DNA of 60,432 nt, counting the filler, from Nitrospinae bacterium RIFCSPLOWO2_12_FULL_45_22 (GTDB lineage Bacteria > 2-12-FULL-45-22), in assembly GCA_001803565.1 (NCBI GenBank). It is 5 parts of 5 records of this genome, joined end to end, with 100 filler letters (N's around TTAATTAATTAA, not from the genome) between each part and the next. Parts side by side here need not be neighbours in the genome. Positions count along the whole stretch, not along the records: positions 54,671 to 60,432 come from MHDQ01000156.1; 4 more parts are not named here. One strand, written 5' to 3'. Under the pieces are notes generated by a model. It worked only from the letters and a program-made list of their open reading frames with translations. It was not told the origin of the DNA and ran no database searches. A program made the translations under genes and the position numbers. Shown in pieces: positions 56,173 through 60,432 of the stretch (position 1 is the first letter of the stretch; every line of letters begins with the position of its first letter).

Positions 56173-56292
56173 CTAAGGAACAGAAGAGATTTTTCGATAA
56201 TGCACCCTGGACTCGCCCGTCTCTAAGTACCCCTTCAATGCCCCGATTATTTCTTCTGGATCACGGAAGTTAATAGTCTGTACCTCGTCCAT
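56173..56292 (-). pseudogene. Short fragment resembling the Walker B region of BREX BrxL-type ATPases
   Basis: MDEVQTINFRDPEEIIGALKGYLETGESRV; the DEVQTI.F....E...ALKGYLE.G pattern is recognised from memory. Confidence 0.5.
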
Positions 56293-56331
56293 TCTATTGA
56301 CTTTTCTTTATATGGTCGAAGAAGTCTGCAC

Positions 56332-56359
56332 TTGACAATTTAGTCGCAGAAGATAGAAT
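56332..56359 (+). promoter_or_regulatory. sigma70 promoter of the DUF4160/DUF2442 pair
   Basis: TTGACA-N16-TAGAAT. Confidence 0.65.
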
Positions 56360-56390
56360 TATCAGATGCAAGGCGGAGAGGGCCGTACCT

Positions 56391-56663
56391 ATGCCTACAA
56401 TTTCGATGTTTTACGGCATCCTTATCCGGATGTTTTTCTATGATACGGATAGGCATAACGTGCCGCACATACATGCAGAACATCAAGGGCAAGTTGCTGT
56501 GTACTCAATTCACGATGGTTCTGTGTTGGCTGGCGAGCTTCCACCGAAAAAGCACAAATTGGTTGTCGCATGGATTGAAATACACCAGGAGGATCTGCTC
56601 GCCGATTGGGAGCTGGCGGTTGTTGGCAAAAAACCTTTTCCTATTCGAGGACTTGATCAATGA
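56391..56663 (+). CDS. DUF4160-family protein
   Basis: MPTISMFYGILIRM....H..PHIHA, LV.AW.EIH...L.ADW. Confidence 0.9.
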   Translation: MPTISMFYGILIRMFFYDTDRHNVPHIHAEHQGQVAVYSIHDGSVLAGELPPKKHKLVVAWIEIHQEDLLADWELAVVGKKPFPIRGLDQ

Positions 56664-56917
56664 ACATTGAAGAAATTCTTCCGAGAGAGGATCACCTGCT
56701 GTACGTCAAGGCCGATGATGGGCAAGCCGGTCTATTTGACGTAACGCCCTATCTCGAATCAGAAGCTTTTGCACCCCTGAAAGACCGAAGTGAGTTCGAG
56801 CGTATCCACAATGGAAGGTATTTTATTGAATGGGAGTGTGGGGCAGATCTTTCAGCAGATACTATTCAAGCGCGGTGGACGCCTTTAACAAAGGAAGGCG
56901 CCCAACAAGGCGCTTAA
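56660..56917 (+). CDS. DUF2442-family protein
   Basis: G..G.FDV.PYL....F.PLKD...F, IEW.CGADLS.DT. ATGA overlap with the previous gene. Confidence 0.88.
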   Translation: MNIEEILPREDHLLYVKADDGQAGLFDVTPYLESEAFAPLKDRSEFERIHNGRYFIEWECGADLSADTIQARWTPLTKEGAQQGA

Positions 56918-56974
56918 CTCGGACTGCCTCAGTCGCTGCGCTCCTTCGGCAGCCGGTTAGCGCAATCGTTAGGT
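56900..56974 (+). mobile_element. Integron attC site
   Basis: R'' GCCCAAC and R' GTTAGGT. Arms GCGCT(T)AAC(T)CGG / CCGGTTAGCGC with two extrahelical bases. Confidence 0.9.
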
Positions 56975-57000
56975 GCCCTTCAAAAATGTGAGGTGATTTT

Positions 57001-57204
57001 ATGAAGCCCAAGGTAATCGTTCATGAAGCGGAAGAAGGAGGCTACTGGGCCGAAGTCCCGTCTATTCCAGGCTGCGCGACTCAGGGAGAGACTTTCGACG
57101 AACTCCTCGGCAACATCTACGAGGCTGTCGAAGGTTGCTTGTTCGTAGACATAAAAGACATTGAGGTAACGGAGAAGGATAAAGTTCTGGAGATCGCGGT
57201 GTGA
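57001..57204 (+). CDS. hicB: HicB-family antitoxin
   Basis: EEGGYWAEVPSIPGCATQGET.DEL..N..EA; GAGGTG RBS. Confidence 0.92.
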   Translation: MKPKVIVHEAEEGGYWAEVPSIPGCATQGETFDELLGNIYEAVEGCLFVDIKDIEVTEKDKVLEIAV

Positions 57205-57409
57205 AAGCCATTTCAGGGAAGGACTTCGCGAAGCTGCTTGAGAGAAGAGGCTGGGAATTGCGTAGAACGAAGGGACGTCATCACATTTACGCAAAAGCGG
57301 GAAACCCGGCTCGGATTTCCGTGCCCATACATATGGAAATAGCCCACTCAAAATAGGCTTGTTGAGGCACCTCATGAAGGTTGCAGGAATTGACGAAAGC
57401 GAGTTGTGA
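57201..57409 (+). pseudogene. hicA: HicA-family toxin, frameshifted
   Basis: MKAISGKDFAKLLERRGWELRRTKGRHHIY...ISVPIH, then an extra AT at 57333-57334 gives a stop at 57354-57356. Removing the AT restores HGNSPLKIGLLRHLMKVAGIDESEL*. Confidence 0.88.
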
Positions 57410-57417
57410 CATAGAGC

Positions 57418-57490
57418 ACATAACAACGCAATCGAGTCGGACTGGCCTTCCGCTGCGCTCCATTGCAACCGCTTAGCCGAAACGTTAGAC
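57418..57490 (+). mobile_element. Degenerate or chimeric attC site
   Basis: R'' ACATAAC and R' GTTAGAC. GCACATAAC is 8/9 complementary to GTTAGGTGC at the start of the hicBA cassette. Inner arms pair poorly. Confidence 0.72.
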
Positions 57491-57535
57491 GGCAAGACCC
57501 ATCGGGCGGAAGAAAGTAATAAAGGAGGTATTCAA

Positions 57536-57900
57536 ATGATACAATCTTTAACCGGTTTCTTTTTTAAGCTTGCGCGAGATGTTCTATAAGGATCTGGTAA
57601 AGGGAGCAATTGAGAAAAAGTTCAAGACAATCGTTGAGCAAGAAGTAAGGGAAACTCTTGTTGAACACCTTACTAAGGCACAAAAATCAGTTTCCTACCT
57701 CATTCTTCAGTCATGTCGACAACGTCGACTTATTACTTTGAGAGCAATCTGTACAGATTAACGTTCAAATACAGATTCCCCTTACCGACCTGGTGTCTTT
57801 TGAGAACACCAATCTTTTCCTTAATGCCGATGCAAGTCTAATTACGCCACGCTATCTCTGTTGTAAAAGTGGATATTTTCTCTGATATTCAAGATGCCAC
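57536..57900 (+). pseudogene. Degraded cassette ORF
   Basis: AAGGAGGT RBS and ATG at 57536 just after the attC, followed by broken frames. End is approximate. Confidence 0.4.
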
Positions 57901-57980
57901 TGCGCTTACCTTGATATCGCTGGATTTTATCCATGGTAAACTTTCTCAATTCATTCTATGAGAAATGTAGTGGAAACATA

Positions 57981-58559
57981 TTAACCTGGATTTATTGCCT
58001 GGATGACATAAAGGTATTGATAAACCTCTAGCTGGCTAATATCTTTAAACCCAGCTTCAGAGAGTATCCTGATGGCCTCCTGGCAGGGTATCCTATGTTC
58101 TAATGGGGGCCCCATAGGTGATTCTTTTGCCTCCCAGTCTATATTAATAATTTTCCCCTGGGGCTTAAGCACCCTCCTTATTTCCGAAAGCAGGGCTTCC
58201 TTTTGATCTGCTTCATGGAAGGCCATGGCGATGATAACCATATCCAGACACGAGTCGGGCAGCGGTATAGAATTCTCCTGGGATAAGATCGGCTCTATAT
58301 TGGTTATATGCCTCTCTTTCATCCTTTGTTCCAGGATAGATAACATTTCCGGAGAAATATCTACTGCATATACTTTTCCGCCCTGGCCTATTCTATGGGC
58401 CAGAGGAAAGGTATAATATCCCGTCCCACACCCTATATCGGCTGCGATAGTGCCCCCTGGCATTTTCAATAGAGCCAAAAGTTTTTCTGGGTCCTGTATC
58501 TCCCGTCGTTCGGGAGAATCTAGCTTAGCAACTTTCTCGATATCGAATTTATGTCCCAT
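57981..58559 (-). CDS. Class I SAM-dependent methyltransferase
   Basis: ADIGCGTGY, VYAVDIS, RVLKP.G, IDW......GPP..HR. Confidence 0.9.
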   Translation of the reverse strand: MGHKFDIEKVAKLDSPERREIQDPEKLLALLKMPGGTIAADIGCGTGYYTFPLAHRIGQGGKVYAVDISPEMLSILEQRMKERHITNIEPILSQENSIPLPDSCLDMVIIAMAFHEADQKEALLSEIRRVLKPQGKIINIDWEAKESPMGPPLEHRIPCQEAIRILSEAGFKDISQLEVYQYLYVIQAINPG

Positions 58560-58627
58560 TTTCTTCTTCTCCTGTAACGATTCTGTTTGATCCTATTTAA
58601 CCGTTCACCCCCTTATCCTGCCACATT

Positions 58628-58699
58628 GTCATTCTGAGACCTTCGCTCCATGTCATTCTGAGTGAAGCGAAGAATCTCGTTGTTCCGCTCAGGGTGACA
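58628..58699. repeat. TGTCATTCTGAG-type palindromic repeat, nested
   Basis: TGTCATTCTGAG occurs twice and is closed by GCTCAGGGTGACA. Related to CCTTCGCTACGCTCAGGG near 52326. Confidence 0.6.
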
Positions 58700-58714
58700 A
58701 ATCCGGTGAAAGGA

Positions 58715-60397
58715 CTAGCTGTTTTCTGAGGGCATATTGTGTTTCCAACTGGTAATGCCACCAATGAGGTTTTTTACCCGAGTAAAGCCATGGGCCTGCA
58801 AGATACGGCAGGCCAGGTAGGAACGGAGGCCAGTCCCGCAATGTGCCACTAATTCCTCTTTTTTATGACCTGCCAGCTCATCCAGCCGAGAGCGCAACTC
58901 ATCAATAGGTATCAGGGTAGAGCCGGAAATAGAAACAACAGCATGCTCTCTGGGAGTACGTACATCAATGATCCGTACCTTTTTTCCTGCCTCCATATCC
59001 CCCATCAACTCTTTGCTGGTTAAGGCTGCTACCTCACCCTGGAGTATGTTCTGGGCCACAAACCCCGCTGTTATAACCGGGTCGCGGGCCGAGCCAAATT
59101 GTGGTGCATAGGCCAGGTCCAGGTTTCCCAGGTCCGATATGGTGAGCCCGGCATAGAGGGCCGTAGACAAGATATCAATCCTTTTATCCACCCCGCCACG
59201 CCCCACTACCTGGACACCCAGGAGCCGGCCTGAGCCTTTTTCTGCAATCAGCTTGATAGTCAGAGGCTTAGCACCCGGATAGTAGCCGGCATGGTCCTCG
59301 CCATGGGTATAAGAGCAGTAATAATCCAGGCCTTCCTGCTGGGCTTCCCGTTCATTCAAGCCAGTCCGTGCCGCTACCAGGTCACAGACCTTGACAATGG
59401 CAGTCCCCAGTACTCCCTTCATAACCTTGTTGCCCCCAGCGGCATTAGCGCCAGCTACCCGTCCTTGCTTATTAGCCGGCCCGGCCAGGGCTATCCAGAC
59501 CTTTTTCCCGGTAAGCAGGTGGGTGCTTTCAGCACAATCCCCTGCGGCAAAAATATCTGGGTCGCTGGTCTCCATCCGTTCATTCACCTCTATGGCACCC
59601 GTCGTACCGATCTTTAAACCGGCATCTCTGGCCAGCCGGATATCAGGCTTGATACCGATAGATAGAATAGCTATTTCAGCCGGGAGCTTATGGCCGGACT
59701 CCAGGACAATCTCTTGCACCCGATCACTCTTATCCACCAAAAATTCCTTGACCCCATCTCTCAGGATCACTTCTACCCTTTTCTCTCCCAGATGGGCCAG
59801 GATAGGCTGGGACATCTCTCTATCCATGGGAGCTAGCAGTTGGTCGGCTTTCTCTATTACCGTAACCTTTAAGTCCCGGGCCAGCATGGCCTCGGCCATC
59901 TCTAAACCGATATAGCCACCACCTACTATGGCTGCCTGGGTTATGGAATTGTTGGCCAGGTACTGAAAGATATTATCTGTATCGGGTATAGAACGTAATG
60001 GGAAGCAGTTTCTGGCCTGTATTCCCGGCAGAGGAGGGACTATAGGTAAAGCGCCGGGGGCCAGGATCAGCTTATCGTAGGGCTCTTCAAACTCCTTATC
60101 TGTGATCAGGTCTTTCACCAGCACCCGCTTTTTATCCCGTAAAACCTTCAAGACTTCATGGTTAGTCTTGACCTCGATATTGTGTCGTGCTTTAAAGCTC
60201 TCGGGTGTATTTAAGAGGAGGCTTTCCCGCTTAGCAATCTCACCGGAGATATAATAAGGCAGGCCACAATTAGCAAAGGATATATAGGGCCCTTTTTCAA
60301 AGATAATTATCTGGCAAAACTCGTCTTGCCGCCTGGCCTTAGCGGCCGCACTAGCACCGCCTGCTACCCCACCAATTACTACAATCTTCCTCACCAT
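58715..60397 (-). CDS. CoA-disulfide reductase with a C-terminal rhodanese domain
   Basis: IGGVAGGAS, SFANCGLPY, GGGYIGLEMAE, LDLAYAP; rhodanese IDVR..E and HCGTGLRS. Confidence 0.93.
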   Translation of the reverse strand: MVRKIVVIGGVAGGASAAAKARRQDEFCQIIIFEKGPYISFANCGLPYYISGEIAKRESLLLNTPESFKARHNIEVKTNHEVLKVLRDKKRVLVKDLITDKEFEEPYDKLILAPGALPIVPPLPGIQARNCFPLRSIPDTDNIFQYLANNSITQAAIVGGGYIGLEMAEAMLARDLKVTVIEKADQLLAPMDREMSQPILAHLGEKRVEVILRDGVKEFLVDKSDRVQEIVLESGHKLPAEIAILSIGIKPDIRLARDAGLKIGTTGAIEVNERMETSDPDIFAAGDCAESTHLLTGKKVWIALAGPANKQGRVAGANAAGGNKVMKGVLGTAIVKVCDLVAARTGLNEREAQQEGLDYYCSYTHGEDHAGYYPGAKPLTIKLIAEKGSGRLLGVQVVGRGGVDKRIDILSTALYAGLTISDLGNLDLAYAPQFGSARDPVITAGFVAQNILQGEVAALTSKELMGDMEAGKKVRIIDVRTPREHAVVSISGSTLIPIDELRSRLDELAGHKKEELVAHCGTGLRSYLACRILQAHGFTRVKNLIGGITSWKHNMPSENS

Positions 60398-60432
60398 ACG
60401 CTAATCTCCTCCTAAAAATCCTTCTGCTTATA

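Noticed and set aside
56980-57495. 171-aa minus-strand ORF
   Set aside because: Antisense to hicB, hicA and the attC site.

Overview
The window is five separate contigs joined by artificial 100-nt linkers (N44-TTAATTAATTAA-N44), so adjacency across a linker means nothing. The contigs are 1-15238, 15339-24702, 24803-46355, 46456-54570 and 54671-60432. The DNA looks like a draft or metagenome-assembled genome of a flagellated, LPS-making, probably anaerobic bacterium; a deltaproteobacterial or Nitrospinota-like lineage is only my impression. Contig 1: integron-type attC cassette region (DNA adenine methylase, DUF4160/DUF2442 pair, group II intron remnant), macAB-type exporter, acyl-CoA dehydrogenase, hrcA, beta and gamma subunits of a type II DMSO-reductase-family enzyme with no alpha subunit, purA-tatA-tatC-pyrF, hutH. 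Contig 2: scattered anaerobic aromatic-degradation genes (bzdP/bzdQ, bzdO, hcrB-like), meaB, PIN toxin-antitoxin loci. Contig 3: a tRNA-Phe 3' fragment (att site), then a sigma54-promoter-led flagellin glycosylation island with very large multi-domain enzymes, then fliC-flaG-fliD. Contig 4: gatA end, a receiver/degenerate-AAA+/LpxC fusion, MoxR ATPase, acyl-CoA dehydrogenase, PHP protein, M23 peptidase. Contig 5: glyQS, a decaying attC cassette array of toxin-antitoxin genes, a methyltransferase, CoA-disulfide reductase-rhodanese. The strongest leads are: (a) LpxC fused behind a phosphorylatable receiver and a catalytically degenerate sigma54-type AAA+ domain; (b) a five-module glycosyltransferase/B12-radical-SAM protein of 1840 aa beside the flagellin gene; (c) a Lys-to-Met change at the predicted heme ligand of the EbdC-like subunit; (d) repeated nested miniature elements in intergenic DNA. 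All family calls come from motif recognition by eye; no database search was run.
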